A stretch of 64,000 nucleotides of DNA from Eubacteriales bacterium (GCA_036453145.1 JAZHVT010000003.1:29156-93155), one strand, 5' to 3'. Positions 9,874 to 19,680 are shown, counted from the stretch's first letter. Translations and numbers: made by a program. Notes: generated by a model not told the origin, from the sequence alone.

Positions 9874-10758
9874 ATGAACTTTCTGAATTATCTGATCAGC
9901 GGCATCAGCCTCGGCGCCGTTTACGCGATCATCGCTCTGGGCTACACGATGGTCTACGGTATTGCCAATATGCTGAACTTCGCGCACGGCGATTTCATCA
10001 TGGTCGGAAGCTATATCATTTATGTGCTCGTCTCGAGTCAGGGCATGAACCCGATCGTCGCGCTTCTCATTTCCATTGTGTGCTGTGCGGCTATTGGCGT
10101 TATCACAGAGAAGGTCGCGTATAAACCGCTCCGGAACGCCAAATCCCGTCTTGCCGTCTTAATCACGGCAATCGGTGTCAGCTACTTCCTTGAGAACGGG
10201 GCGCTCCTCATTTTCGGGTCTAACACCAAGGCCTTTCCGTCCATCGTGACATGGTCGGGAATTACACTGTTCGGCGGACGTGTCAAGATCCAGGGCACGA
10301 CGATTGTGACAATTCTCGCGTCCGTCATCATTCTCGTCGTCCTTCAGTGGTTTGTGCACAAGACAAAGGAAGGCCAGGCGATGCTCGCTGTCGCTGAGAA
10401 CTACGGAACAGCCACGCTGATGGGCGTCAACGTCAACCACACGATTTCCATCACGTTCCTGATCGGCTCGGGCCTTGCGGCGATCGCGGGCGCGCTCATG
10501 TGCAGCGCGTATCCGTCTCTGACGCCGTACACGGGTGCTATGCCGGGCATCAAGGCATTTGTCGCGGCCGTTCTCGGAGGAATCGGCTCGATCCCCGGCG
10601 CCATGATCGGAGGCATTCTGCTCGGTGTCATCGAGAACCTGAGCAAGGCATACATTTCGTCACAGCTCTCCGACGCAATCGTATTCAGTATCCTGATCAT
10701 CGTTCTGCTTGTGAAGCCTACGGGCATCCTCGGCAAGAAGGTTCAGGTAAAGGTCTGA
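9874..10758 (+). CDS. livH: BCAA ABC transporter permease
   Basis: GYTMVYGIANMLNFAHG, KAFVAAVLGGIGS. Confidence 0.95.
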   Translation: MNFLNYLISGISLGAVYAIIALGYTMVYGIANMLNFAHGDFIMVGSYIIYVLVSSQGMNPIVALLISIVCCAAIGVITEKVAYKPLRNAKSRLAVLITAIGVSYFLENGALLIFGSNTKAFPSIVTWSGITLFGGRVKIQGTTIVTILASVIILVVLQWFVHKTKEGQAMLAVAENYGTATLMGVNVNHTISITFLIGSGLAAIAGALMCSAYPSLTPYTGAMPGIKAFVAAVLGGIGSIPGAMIGGILLGVIENLSKAYISSQLSDAIVFSILIIVLLVKPTGILGKKVQVKV

Positions 10759-10773
10759 CGGAGGGAGCACTTT

Positions 10774-11865
10774 ATGAGCAAAACGAAGACATTGTCAAAA
10801 ACCGGCAGGGATCATCTGATCACCTACGGAATGGTTATCATTATTTACATTGTTGTTGAGATCCTGCTGCATGCGGGCCTGCTCAACAACCAGATGCAGG
10901 GACTTCTTGTTCCGGTCTGCTATTACTCGATCTGCGCAGTAGCCCTGAACCTCTGCGTCGGTATTCTCGGTGAGCTGTCGCTCGGCCACGCGGGCTTCAT
11001 GTGCGTCGGCGCGTTCGCGAGCGCGATCTGGTCTTATCAGATGCAGAGCACATCGATGCCGGCCGGACTCCGGTTCTTCATCGCGTTCCTGATCGGTATC
11101 GCGGCGGCCATGATTATCGGCGTGATCATCGGTATTCCGGTTCTTCGTCTGGACGGCGATTACCTCGCCATCGTGACGCTCGCATTCGGCGAGATCATCA
11201 AGAACCTGAACAGTGCGCTGTTCCTCGGCATCGACAGCAAGGGCATCCATATGTCTCTCAAATCAGCGATTTATCTGAACCTTGAGGACGGCGTGGACCC
11301 GATTGTCAATGGTGCGCAGGGTATTGCGGGAACTCCGCGCGACGCGAATTTCACGATCGCGGTCATTGTGCTTCTCATTTCCCTGTTTGTTGTCCAGAAC
11401 CTGATCGATTCCCGTGACGGACGCGCTATCATGGCCATCCGTGACAACCGGATCGCAGCGGAGGCGACAGGCATCAATATCACGAAATACAAGATGCTTG
11501 CATTTGTCATTTCAGCGGGCATCGCGGGAGCGGCAGGCGTTCTCTACTCGCACAATATTTCAACACTTGTGTCCCAGTCCCAGTACTTCGGCTACAACGT
11601 GTCGATCCTGATTCTCGTCTATGTCGTTCTCGGCGGCATCGGAAATATGCGCGGATCTGTCATCGCGACGGCTATCCTCTACATTCTTCCGGAGCTGCTC
11701 CGCGGACTTAACAAGTACCGTATGTTCGTGTACTCGATTGTCCTCATCGTCATGATGCTGCTCAACTGGGCTCCGGCCGCGGTCATGTTCCGCAAGAAGC
11801 TGTTCGCACGTTTCAGGAAAAATGAAAACACCACTGAAGGAGGTCACGGAAATGGCGCTGCTTGA
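10774..11865 (+). CDS. livM: BCAA ABC transporter permease
   Basis: GELSLGHAGF, LRLDGDYLAIVTLAFGEII, GRAIMAIRDN. Confidence 0.95.
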   Translation: MSKTKTLSKTGRDHLITYGMVIIIYIVVEILLHAGLLNNQMQGLLVPVCYYSICAVALNLCVGILGELSLGHAGFMCVGAFASAIWSYQMQSTSMPAGLRFFIAFLIGIAAAMIIGVIIGIPVLRLDGDYLAIVTLAFGEIIKNLNSALFLGIDSKGIHMSLKSAIYLNLEDGVDPIVNGAQGIAGTPRDANFTIAVIVLLISLFVVQNLIDSRDGRAIMAIRDNRIAAEATGINITKYKMLAFVISAGIAGAAGVLYSHNISTLVSQSQYFGYNVSILILVYVVLGGIGNMRGSVIATAILYILPELLRGLNKYRMFVYSIVLIVMMLLNWAPAAVMFRKKLFARFRKNENTTEGGHGNGAA

Positions 11866-12613
11866 TGTTACAAATCTGAGTATCCGCTTCGGCGGCCTTC
11901 TGGCTGTCGATGATTTTGAGCTTCATATCAACAAGGGCGAGCTCTACGGCCTGATCGGGCCGAACGGCGCCGGCAAGACGACCGTCTTCAATATGCTGAC
12001 AGGCGTCTATAAGCCGACAACGGGCATCATTAAGCTCGACGGCCTGGACATCACCGGTCACAAGACGACGGAGATCAACAAGGACGGCATCGCCCGTACA
12101 TTCCAGAACATCCGTCTCTTTGATCAGATGTCCGTTATCGACAACGTCAAGGTCGGACTGCACAACCACTACAAGTACAGCAGCATCTCGGGAATCCTCA
12201 AGCTTCCGGGAAGCCGCAGGGTTGAGAAGGAGATCGACGAGAAGGCCATGGAGCTTCTCGGCGTCTTCGGCATGCAGAACGTCCGCGATGAGCTCTCGAC
12301 GAATCTTCCGTACGGCCAGCAGAGAAAGCTGGAGATCGCCCGTGCGCTCGCGACGGAACCAAAGCTTCTGCTTCTCGATGAGCCGGCCGCCGGTATGAAC
12401 CCGAATGAGACGAAGGAGCTGATGGAAACGATCGCGTTCATCCGCGAGAAGTTCGGAATCACGATTCTTCTCATTGAGCACGACATGAAGCTTGTCTCCG
12501 GTATCTGTGAGAAGCTGACAGTCCTGAACTTCGGCCGCATCCTGGCACAGGGCGCGACGAAGGAGGTTCTGGGCAATCCGGAGGTCATCAAGGCATATCT
12601 GGGAAATGAATAA
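11852..12613 (+). CDS. livG: BCAA ABC transporter ATP-binding protein
   Basis: GPNGAGKTT, LPYGQQRKLEIARAL, LDEPAAG; ATG 11852 follows GGAGG. Confidence 0.95.
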   Translation: MALLDVTNLSIRFGGLLAVDDFELHINKGELYGLIGPNGAGKTTVFNMLTGVYKPTTGIIKLDGLDITGHKTTEINKDGIARTFQNIRLFDQMSVIDNVKVGLHNHYKYSSISGILKLPGSRRVEKEIDEKAMELLGVFGMQNVRDELSTNLPYGQQRKLEIARALATEPKLLLLDEPAAGMNPNETKELMETIAFIREKFGITILLIEHDMKLVSGICEKLTVLNFGRILAQGATKEVLGNPEVIKAYLGNE

Positions 12614-12629
12614 CGGACGGAGATTAGAT

Positions 12630-13343
12630 ATGGAAACTATTCTTAAGGTGGAGAACCTTCAGGTCAGCTACGGCATGATCAAGGCGCTGAAGGGCATCTC
12701 ATTTGAAGTAAATAAGGGAGAGATCGTCGCCCTGATCGGCTCGAACGGAGCCGGAAAGACGACGACGCTGCACTCGATCTCGGGACTGATCCCGACGGCG
12801 GGCGGCCGCATCCTCTACAAGGGACAGGACCTGACGAAGGTTCCGGGACACAAGATCGTCGGCATGGGCATCGCACAGGTTCCGGAGGGACGTCGTGTCT
12901 TCGCGGGTATGTCCGTTCTGAACAACCTGAAGCTCGGCGCGTACACACGGAAGGACAAGAACGAGATCGCGGAGACGCTCGAGTATGTCTACAAGCGCTT
13001 CCCGCGTCTCAAGGAGAGACAGAACCAGCTGGCCGGCACGCTGTCCGGCGGCGAGCAGCAGATGCTCGCGATGGGACGCGCGCTGATGTCCCATCCGGAC
13101 ATCGTCCTCATGGACGAGCCGTCCATGGGTCTCTCTCCGCTTCTTGTCAATGAAATCTTCGATATCATCGAGCAGATCCACAGTGAGGGGACGACGGTCC
13201 TTCTTGTCGAGCAGAACGCGAAGAAGGCGCTCTCGATCGCGGACCGTGCCTACGTGCTTGAGACTGGAAAGATCACGCTGTCCGGCGACGCGAAGGATCT
13301 GCTGAATAACGATCAGGTCAGAAAAGCGTATCTCGGCGAATAA
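12630..13343 (+). CDS. livF: BCAA ABC transporter ATP-binding protein
   Basis: GSNGAGKTT, LSGGEQQMLAMGRAL, MDEPSMGL. Confidence 0.95.
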   Translation: METILKVENLQVSYGMIKALKGISFEVNKGEIVALIGSNGAGKTTTLHSISGLIPTAGGRILYKGQDLTKVPGHKIVGMGIAQVPEGRRVFAGMSVLNNLKLGAYTRKDKNEIAETLEYVYKRFPRLKERQNQLAGTLSGGEQQMLAMGRALMSHPDIVLMDEPSMGLSPLLVNEIFDIIEQIHSEGTTVLLVEQNAKKALSIADRAYVLETGKITLSGDAKDLLNNDQVRKAYLGE

Positions 13344-13353
13344 TGGAGGGACG

Positions 13354-13989
13354 ATGATGAACCAGAAGATAGTGATCGCGATTAACCGCGAGTATGGCAG
13401 CGGCGGACGGACCATCGGAGAAATGCTGGCCCGCGAGCTGAATATCGGCTACTATGACAAGGACATTTACAAGATGGCGTCTGAGGTCTCGGGAATCAAC
13501 GAGGCGCTTTTTGTCGAGGCGTCTGAGGATTTCCGCGGCACGCCGCTCTTCAGGAGCTCTGACCCGTATACAGGGAGTCTGATCGGCCCTGAGAGCAGCG
13601 AATTTACATCGAGAAAAAATCTGTTCGCTTATCAGGCGAAGACAATCAAGGCGCTTTCGGAGAAGGAAGCCTGCGTCATCGTGGGAAAGGCTGCAGGCTT
13701 TGTCCTGAAAAATGAACCGAACCTCGTCCGTGTCTTTGTGCACGCCCCGTACTGGTTCCTCCGTCAGGAGGCGGCAAAGCGCAATTCCCTGACAGACAAG
13801 GAGCTCAACCGGTACATCGAGAAGGAAAATAAAAGGCGCGCAGACTACAATTATTACTACACAGGCGAGAAGTGGGACGACGCCCACAACTACGATCTGT
13901 GCGTGGACGCATCAAAGCTCGGCTTTGAGAAATGCGTAAAAATCATTGAGGGATACATGAAGGTCCGCTTCGATGGTCTTCAGTTCTGA
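13354..13989 (+). CDS. Cytidylate kinase-like family protein
   Basis: IAINREYGSGGRTIG..LARELNIGYYD and CVIVGKAA, YDLCVDAS motifs. Confidence 0.8.
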   Translation: MMNQKIVIAINREYGSGGRTIGEMLARELNIGYYDKDIYKMASEVSGINEALFVEASEDFRGTPLFRSSDPYTGSLIGPESSEFTSRKNLFAYQAKTIKALSEKEACVIVGKAAGFVLKNEPNLVRVFVHAPYWFLRQEAAKRNSLTDKELNRYIEKENKRRADYNYYYTGEKWDDAHNYDLCVDASKLGFEKCVKIIEGYMKVRFDGLQF

Positions 13990-14069
13990 CGGACGGCTTT
14001 TCTTTCCGCGGAATCTATGGTATGATTCGATGGTTAAAATGAAGTAATAGCAGCGAGGAGAGCATCGAA

Positions 14070-15461
14070 ATGGAGAAGCTTGTTACAGTAAGAGATATCT
14101 ATAAGGACAGGGAGAAATACCTGGACAAGAAGATCTCGATCGGCGGCTGGGTCCGCTCGATCCGCGATTCGAAGACATTCGGGTTCATGGTTGTTCATGA
14201 CGGCACGTATTTCAATACGCTGCAGGTTGTGTTCCACGACGGAATGAGCAATTTCAGCGAGATCGCGCATCTGAATGTCGGCACGGCGGTCATCGTACGC
14301 GGCACACTTGTTGCGACGCCGCAGGCGAAGCAGCCGTTTGAGATCCAGGCTGATGAGGTGGACATTGAGGGACCGTCAAGTCCGGATTATCCGCTGCAGA
14401 AGAAGCGCCACACGCTCGAGTATCTGCGCACCATGCCGCATCTCCGCGCGCGCACAAATACATTCCAGGCGACATTCCGTGTCCGCTCACTGATCGCCTA
14501 CGCGATTCACAAGTTCTTCCAGGAGCGCGGCTTCGTCTACGTTCACACACCGCTGATCACGGCGTCCGATGCAGAGGGTGCCGGAGAGATGTTCCAGGTC
14601 ACGACGCTTGATCTTGAGCACCTTCCGAAGAATGAGGACGGCACGGTCGATTACAGCAAGGATTTCTTCGGAACAGAGACAAATCTCACGGTTTCCGGCC
14701 AGCTGCAGGGCGAGACCTTCGCGCAGGCCTTCCGCAACATCTACACCTTCGGACCGACGTTCCGCGCCGAGAACTCCAACACGACGCGCCACGCGGCAGA
14801 GTTCTGGATGATCGAGCCGGAGATTGCGTTCGCTGATCTTGAGGATGACATGGACCTCGCTGAGGATATGCTGAAGTATATCATCAACTACGTTCTCGAG
14901 AACGCACCGGAGGAAATGCAGTTCTTTAATTCATTTGTCGACAAGGGACTGCTCGAGAGACTTAAGCATGTCGCGTCCTCTGACTTCGAGCGTGTCGATT
15001 ACACGGATGCGATCGATATTCTCCAGAAGTCCGGCGAGAAATTCGAGTACAAGCCGGAGTGGGGCAAGGAGCTCCAGACGGAGCACGAGAGATATCTCAC
15101 GGAGAAGGTCTTCAAGAAGCCGATCTTCGTCATCAACTTCCCGAAGGACTGCAAGGCGTTCTATATGAAGCAGAACCCGGATGGAAAGACGGTCGCGGCG
15201 ATGGACTGCCTCGTCCCGGGAATCGGCGAGATCATGGGCGGCTCCGAGCGTGAGGCTGATCTTGAGAAGCTCACAAAGCGTATGAAGGAGCTGAACATGA
15301 GCATGGACCAGTACGATTTCTATCTCGATCTCCGCAGATACGGCAGCTGCCGTCATGCGGGCTATGGCCTCGGCTTTGAGCGCTGCGTCATGTATCTGAC
15401 AGGCATGCAGAACATCAGAGACGTCCTTCCGTATCCGAGAACGGTCGGAAGCCTCGTATAA
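14070..15461 (+). CDS. asnS: Asparagine--tRNA ligase
   Basis: OB-fold [40 protein letters not shown]. Confidence 0.97.
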   Translation: MEKLVTVRDIYKDREKYLDKKISIGGWVRSIRDSKTFGFMVVHDGTYFNTLQVVFHDGMSNFSEIAHLNVGTAVIVRGTLVATPQAKQPFEIQADEVDIEGPSSPDYPLQKKRHTLEYLRTMPHLRARTNTFQATFRVRSLIAYAIHKFFQERGFVYVHTPLITASDAEGAGEMFQVTTLDLEHLPKNEDGTVDYSKDFFGTETNLTVSGQLQGETFAQAFRNIYTFGPTFRAENSNTTRHAAEFWMIEPEIAFADLEDDMDLAEDMLKYIINYVLENAPEEMQFFNSFVDKGLLERLKHVASSDFERVDYTDAIDILQKSGEKFEYKPEWGKELQTEHERYLTEKVFKKPIFVINFPKDCKAFYMKQNPDGKTVAAMDCLVPGIGEIMGGSEREADLEKLTKRMKELNMSMDQYDFYLDLRRYGSCRHAGYGLGFERCVMYLTGMQNIRDVLPYPRTVGSLV

Positions 15462-15620
15462 TGTAATTATTCAGCACCTCTTGGGAAACTGATGAAATCC
15501 GGACGGAGAGCTTGCTCGCCGGACGGTTCCATCAGTTTCCCAAGGGGCGGACAAGCGGTGAAGCCGCTCTGTTCGCCCACAACGAAGAGCGCGAAGCGTT
15601 CTGAGTATAGGGCTGAATAA
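15460..15620. repeat. REP-like family A element, copy 1 (composite palindrome)
   Basis: Begins AATGTAATTATTCAGCACC and ends GGGCTGAATAA; internal 15-bp IR CTTGGGAAACTGATG/CATCAGTTTCCCAAG; first 55 nt match 47/55 with 37059-37113. Confidence 0.8.
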
Positions 15621-15625
15621 AATCG

Positions 15626-15669
15626 AAAAAAAGGAGCGTTCCGCTGAGTGTGCGGAGCGCTCCTTTTTT
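15626..15669. terminator. Intrinsic (bidirectional-type) terminator after asnS
   Basis: AAAAAAAGGAGCGTTCCGC-loop-GCGGAGCGCTCCTTTTTT. Confidence 0.85.
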
Positions 15670-15961
15670 GAAGCGGCACAGATTGAGAATGCCTGGCATT
15701 ATTGCGTGGAAGCGGCTGTGGCAACGGTATTCCGTGCACTTTTATGGTTCGGAACCTTAAAAATGATAGCACAAGAAATGGAAACGGTAACATAGATTTT
15801 ACATATGCAATATGCACAATACACGGAGCGGCAAATTGTCAAAAGCTGAAGAAATTGAAATAAAGAACCGTAATATATTGCAAAAAAGTCTCGGAAGGCA
15901 TATAGTGAAGTCACTGGAGATGGAAACAATTCCACAAAGCAGTTCCAACGAGGTGATTCCT

Positions 15962-16195
15962 ATGACCGATCGTGAAAATGATGAATACAGAATTGATGAA
16001 TGGACAACATATGTCTGTGACAGTCTGAAGGCACACTGTGACTTCTATGACCGCTCGGAGACATACAGAATGGTCGATACGATCGATTATGATGATCACA
16101 CGGAGGCGGAGAGGCTCTGCGTGCTGTACGCAAAGGAGCTCACGAAGCCGCAAAGGGTATACACCGGTGTCGAGCCGCGCAGGTATGCCGTCTGA
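15962..16195 (+). CDS. Small hypothetical protein (77 aa)
   Basis: SD GAGGTGA before ATG 15962, promoter TTGCAA-17-TATAGT (15878-15906), terminator-like hairpin at about 16240-16279; no recognised motif. Confidence 0.6.
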   Translation: MTDRENDEYRIDEWTTYVCDSLKAHCDFYDRSETYRMVDTIDYDDHTEAERLCVLYAKELTKPQRVYTGVEPRRYAV

Positions 16196-16277
16196 ATCTG
16201 ACAGTTTTCTTTTTCATAATTTCCTTTTTTTCTCCTTCCGGGAGGCCTCTGCGGCAAGGCAGGGACCTCCCACTTTT

Positions 16278-16404
16278 TTCAGCACCGGACTTGGAACGCC
16301 TTGCGTTCCGAGATTATTACTATTTTTGCAGGATATCATACCGCTATGGTAAAATGAATTTGTTCGGCGAGGGACGCAACGCATTCCGGGTCCTGGCGCT
16401 GAAC
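16278..16404. repeat. REP-like family A inverted pair bracketing the exoA promoter
   Basis: TTCAGCACCGGACTTGGAACGCCTTGCGTTCC (16278-309) and the reverse complement of 16371-404 both resemble GTTCAGCACTCCGGACGCGGAACACTTCGCGTTCCC at 19686; promoter TTGCAG-18-TAAAAT (extended -10) lies between them. Confidence 0.6.
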
Positions 16405-16438
16405 GGCTGCAAATGAAATATGGATAGGAGGAGCAGGG

Positions 16439-17191
16439 ATGAAGTTCATTTCCTGGAATGTGAACGGCCTCAGGGCTGTGCTGAAGAAGAATTTCATGGA
16501 GACATTCACGGCACTTGATGCCGATATTTTCTGCCTGCAGGAGACGAAGATGCAGGAGGGGCAGGCGGCGCTTGACCTGCCGGGGTACGATCAGTATTTC
16601 AACTATGCGGAGAGAAAGGGATATTCGGGGACGGCTGTCTTTACAAGAAAGACGCCGCTGAATGTCACATACGGGCTCGGCATTCCGGAGCATGACACGG
16701 AGGGACGGGTCATCACGCTGGAGTATCCGGATTTTTATTTTATTACGGTCTATACGCCGAACGCGCAGGACGGCCTGAAGCGGATCGACTACCGGATGAA
16801 GTGGGAGGATGATTTTCTCGCCTATGTGAAGGGGCTCGATCAGAAGAAGCCGGTGATCTGGTGCGGCGATCTCAATGTCGCGCACGAGGAGATCGACCTG
16901 AAGAACCCGAAGGCGAACAGGGGGCATGCGGGGTTCTCTGATCAGGAGCGCGCGGCGATGACGAGAACGCTTGGCAGCGGCTTTATCGATACCTGGCGGT
17001 ATTTTCATCCGGACACGACAGGGGTCTATTCCTGGTGGTCCTATCGCTTCCATGCGCGGGAGCACAACGCCGGATGGCGCATCGACTATTTCATCTGCTC
17101 GGAGCGCCTCAAGGACAGACTTGTGAGTGCGGACATTCACACGGACATCATGGGGTCCGATCACTGCCCGGTCGAGCTGGTGGTCCGGTAA
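16439..17191 (+). CDS. exoA: Exodeoxyribonuclease III / AP endonuclease
   Basis: ISWNVNGLRA, CLQETK, YTPNA, GDLNVAH, WRIDYF, GSDHCPV. Confidence 0.96.
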   Translation: MKFISWNVNGLRAVLKKNFMETFTALDADIFCLQETKMQEGQAALDLPGYDQYFNYAERKGYSGTAVFTRKTPLNVTYGLGIPEHDTEGRVITLEYPDFYFITVYTPNAQDGLKRIDYRMKWEDDFLAYVKGLDQKKPVIWCGDLNVAHEEIDLKNPKANRGHAGFSDQERAAMTRTLGSGFIDTWRYFHPDTTGVYSWWSYRFHAREHNAGWRIDYFICSERLKDRLVSADIHTDIMGSDHCPVELVVR

Positions 17192-17329
17192 TATGGCTAT
17201 AACCCCACAGGCTTGCCCGTGGGTGCAGAAGAATACAGGGATATGTCTGGTACGCAAGGAATCTTATGGTACCGGACCTGTATGGCGAATTTGCACGAAG
17301 GCGCGTCTGCGTCTGGAAAGGAAAATGAA

Positions 17330-18445
17330 ATGTACGATTATCTGATTGTCGGCGCCGGCCTCTTTGGCTCGGTTTTTGCCGCGGAAGCTGTCAAAAGAGG
17401 AAAAAAGGTTCTTGTCGTGGACAGAAGACCGAATATCGCGGGAAATGTCTACACGGAAAACATCGAGGGAATTCAGGTTCACAAATACGGGGCGCACATC
17501 TTTCACACGAATGACAGGCGCGTCTGGTCCTATGTGAATTCATTTGCGGAATTCAATCGCTTCACGAATTCGCCGGTCGCAAATTACAAGGGCGAGCTCT
17601 ATTCGCTTCCGTTCAACATGTACACGTTTAATAAAATGTGGGGCGTTGTGACGCCTGAGGAAGCGGCTGCGAAGATCGAGGAGCAGAGACGCGAGGCCGG
17701 TATCACGGAGCCGAAGAATCTTGAGGAGCAGGCAATCAGTCTTGTCGGAACCGATATCTACGAGAAGCTGATCAAGGGATACACGGAGAAGCAGTGGGGA
17801 CGGCCGTGCACGGAGCTGCCGGCATTTATCATCCGCAGGCTTCCGGTCCGGTATACATTTGACAATAATTATTTCAATGCGCTCTATCAGGGAATTCCGA
17901 TCGGTGGTTACACGAAGATGGTCAGTCACATGCTGGAGGGCGCGGAGGTACGTCTCTCCTGCGATTATCTGAAAATGAGGGACGAGCTTGACGGGCTTGC
18001 GGACAGGGTGATCTACACCGGTCCGATCGACGAGTATTTCGGCTACAGCCTCGGGTGCCTTGAGTACCGCTCGGTCCGCTTTGAGACGGAGGTGCTGGAC
18101 AAGCCGAATTTCCAGGGCAACGCCGCTGTGAATTACACGGACCGCGAGACGCCGTGGACGCGGATCATCGAGCACAAGTGGTTTGAGTTCGGAAAGGACG
18201 AGGCGGGACATGACCTGCCGAAGACGGTCATATCCCGCGAATATTCGTCCGAGTGGAAGGTGGGCGACGAGCCGTACTATCCGGTCAATGACACAAAGAA
18301 CGGCGCGCTCTACCAGGAGTACAGGAAGCTCGCGGACCGCGAGAAGAACGTGCTTTTCGGCGGACGGCTCGGCGAGTACAAGTACTACGATATGGATAAG
18401 GTCATTGCGTCGGCGCTCGACGCAAGTGCCCGCGAGCTGGGCTGA
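17330..18445 (+). CDS. glf: UDP-galactopyranose mutase
   Basis: IVGAGLFG, HKYGAHIFHT, GRLGEYKYYDMD; ATG 17330 after GGAAAGGA. Confidence 0.95.
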   Translation: MYDYLIVGAGLFGSVFAAEAVKRGKKVLVVDRRPNIAGNVYTENIEGIQVHKYGAHIFHTNDRRVWSYVNSFAEFNRFTNSPVANYKGELYSLPFNMYTFNKMWGVVTPEEAAAKIEEQRREAGITEPKNLEEQAISLVGTDIYEKLIKGYTEKQWGRPCTELPAFIIRRLPVRYTFDNNYFNALYQGIPIGGYTKMVSHMLEGAEVRLSCDYLKMRDELDGLADRVIYTGPIDEYFGYSLGCLEYRSVRFETEVLDKPNFQGNAAVNYTDRETPWTRIIEHKWFEFGKDEAGHDLPKTVISREYSSEWKVGDEPYYPVNDTKNGALYQEYRKLADREKNVLFGGRLGEYKYYDMDKVIASALDASARELG

Positions 18446-18454
18446 GCTGTCTGC

Positions 18455-19657
18455 TCAGCCATGGGCCGGCGCGACGCTCGACGGGAGGTACTCGTGCACG
18501 GTCTTGTCGTCGAGATGCTCGCCGATGACGATCAGAACCTCCTGACCGGCCTCGGAGGGCTTCAGCTCGAGGCCGTCCCGCGTCGCGTTGACCTCGTACC
18601 ATGCAGGCCTGGACTCTGATTTTTCCGCGGCGGCAGTTTCCGAGGTTTCGACGGAGAAGCCGTCCTTCAGGCCTGCCTGGCTGGCCGGGATAAAGCCCTT
18701 GATCCGCATGATGTGGCCGCATTTTCTGTCGTTAAACATCTTTTTTACGGTCTCGCGCAGCTGAGCTGCCGTCATATGGACGTTGTAGCTGAACAGGGAG
18801 TCGAAGCCGTTTCCGTCCTCAAGAGGCATTTTCACGTGAGAGGAGAGGAGAATTCCCGCATCGGCGAGCGATCGGAGGTCATCGTCCGTGAAATCCTTCC
18901 AGTCCTTCAGGACGACGGCATTGTGTGGGTCGGGACGCTGCTGCCCCAGCGGCTTGCTGGCCGGCGCCTCATTGCCGACGACGCTGTGCAGGTCGGGATG
19001 CTGCATCTTCGCGGAGCGCGCAGAAGCATCCGAAGCACCTGAATGCGGATGCTCTTCTGCGGCTCCATTGCCCGCGGGGACTTCATTTTCCGGGAGAGAA
19101 AAACGGCGGCGGCACTTGAAGCGCTCCATCGCCCTGTTTAAATGAGCGACGGCACCGCGGATTTCCTCCGGCGACGCGTCTTCTGTGCGGCTTAAGATAA
19201 CCCGGCCGGCATCCGCCGTCTGCGAGACGAGCATGTATTCGGACTCGTCAGAGAGCTTCTCCGGGAGGCGTGCGTCGACGATTGCAAGGACGCTGCCGGG
19301 CTCATAGAGGCGGTCAATCGGATCATCGTGCAGGACGTCGAAGAATTCGTCGACATCGTAAATGCCTGAGGGCTCGACGATTACGCGCGTGTAGCCGAGC
19401 ATGCCGAGCGTGATGAGCTTTGTCTTGTATCTGCGCCGGTGGCAGTCGTAATCGCCGACGGGTGCCGTGACCATCTCGAGGTCGCAGTTGTCTCCGAGAA
19501 GGTCATTTAAGAGAAGCGCATCGACATTGATGGAGCCGTAGTCGTTCTCCAGGATGCAGACGCGCTCTCCCCTTGACAAAAGATACTTCGCATAGTGTCT
19601 GATAAATGTTGTTTTGCCGGATCCGAGAAATCCGGTGATGAGATCTATTTTCGGCAT
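18455..19657 (-). CDS. CobW/COG0523-like (G3E) GTPase
   Basis: LITGFLGSGKTT, ENDYG, VEPSGI, CobW-C-like RIKGF; canonical CxCC and NKxD motifs not seen. Confidence 0.85.
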   Translation of the reverse strand: MPKIDLITGFLGSGKTTFIRHYAKYLLSRGERVCILENDYGSINVDALLLNDLLGDNCDLEMVTAPVGDYDCHRRRYKTKLITLGMLGYTRVIVEPSGIYDVDEFFDVLHDDPIDRLYEPGSVLAIVDARLPEKLSDESEYMLVSQTADAGRVILSRTEDASPEEIRGAVAHLNRAMERFKCRRRFSLPENEVPAGNGAAEEHPHSGASDASARSAKMQHPDLHSVVGNEAPASKPLGQQRPDPHNAVVLKDWKDFTDDDLRSLADAGILLSSHVKMPLEDGNGFDSLFSYNVHMTAAQLRETVKKMFNDRKCGHIMRIKGFIPASQAGLKDGFSVETSETAAAEKSESRPAWYEVNATRDGLELKPSEAGQEVLIVIGEHLDDKTVHEYLPSSVAPAHG

Positions 19658-19680
19658 AAAACTCCTTTCAGAAAAATACA

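Noticed and set aside
13990-14069. T-box leaders for asnS and proS (42345-42453), or lysine riboswitch/T-box for hom
   Set aside because: Intergenic regions are too short and lack the T-box GGTGGNACCGCG or riboswitch consensus.
15485-15545. CTGATGA in the family A element suggesting a hammerhead ribozyme
   Set aside because: No stem II followed by GAAA and no stem III/UH arrangement on either strand; the motif is simply one arm of a palindrome.
15812-15961. N-terminal extension of the small ORF to 127 aa, and extended starts for glf, fumC, rex and hdrC in the ORF track
   Set aside because: Extensions run through promoter or terminator sequence; downstream starts have proper SD spacing.
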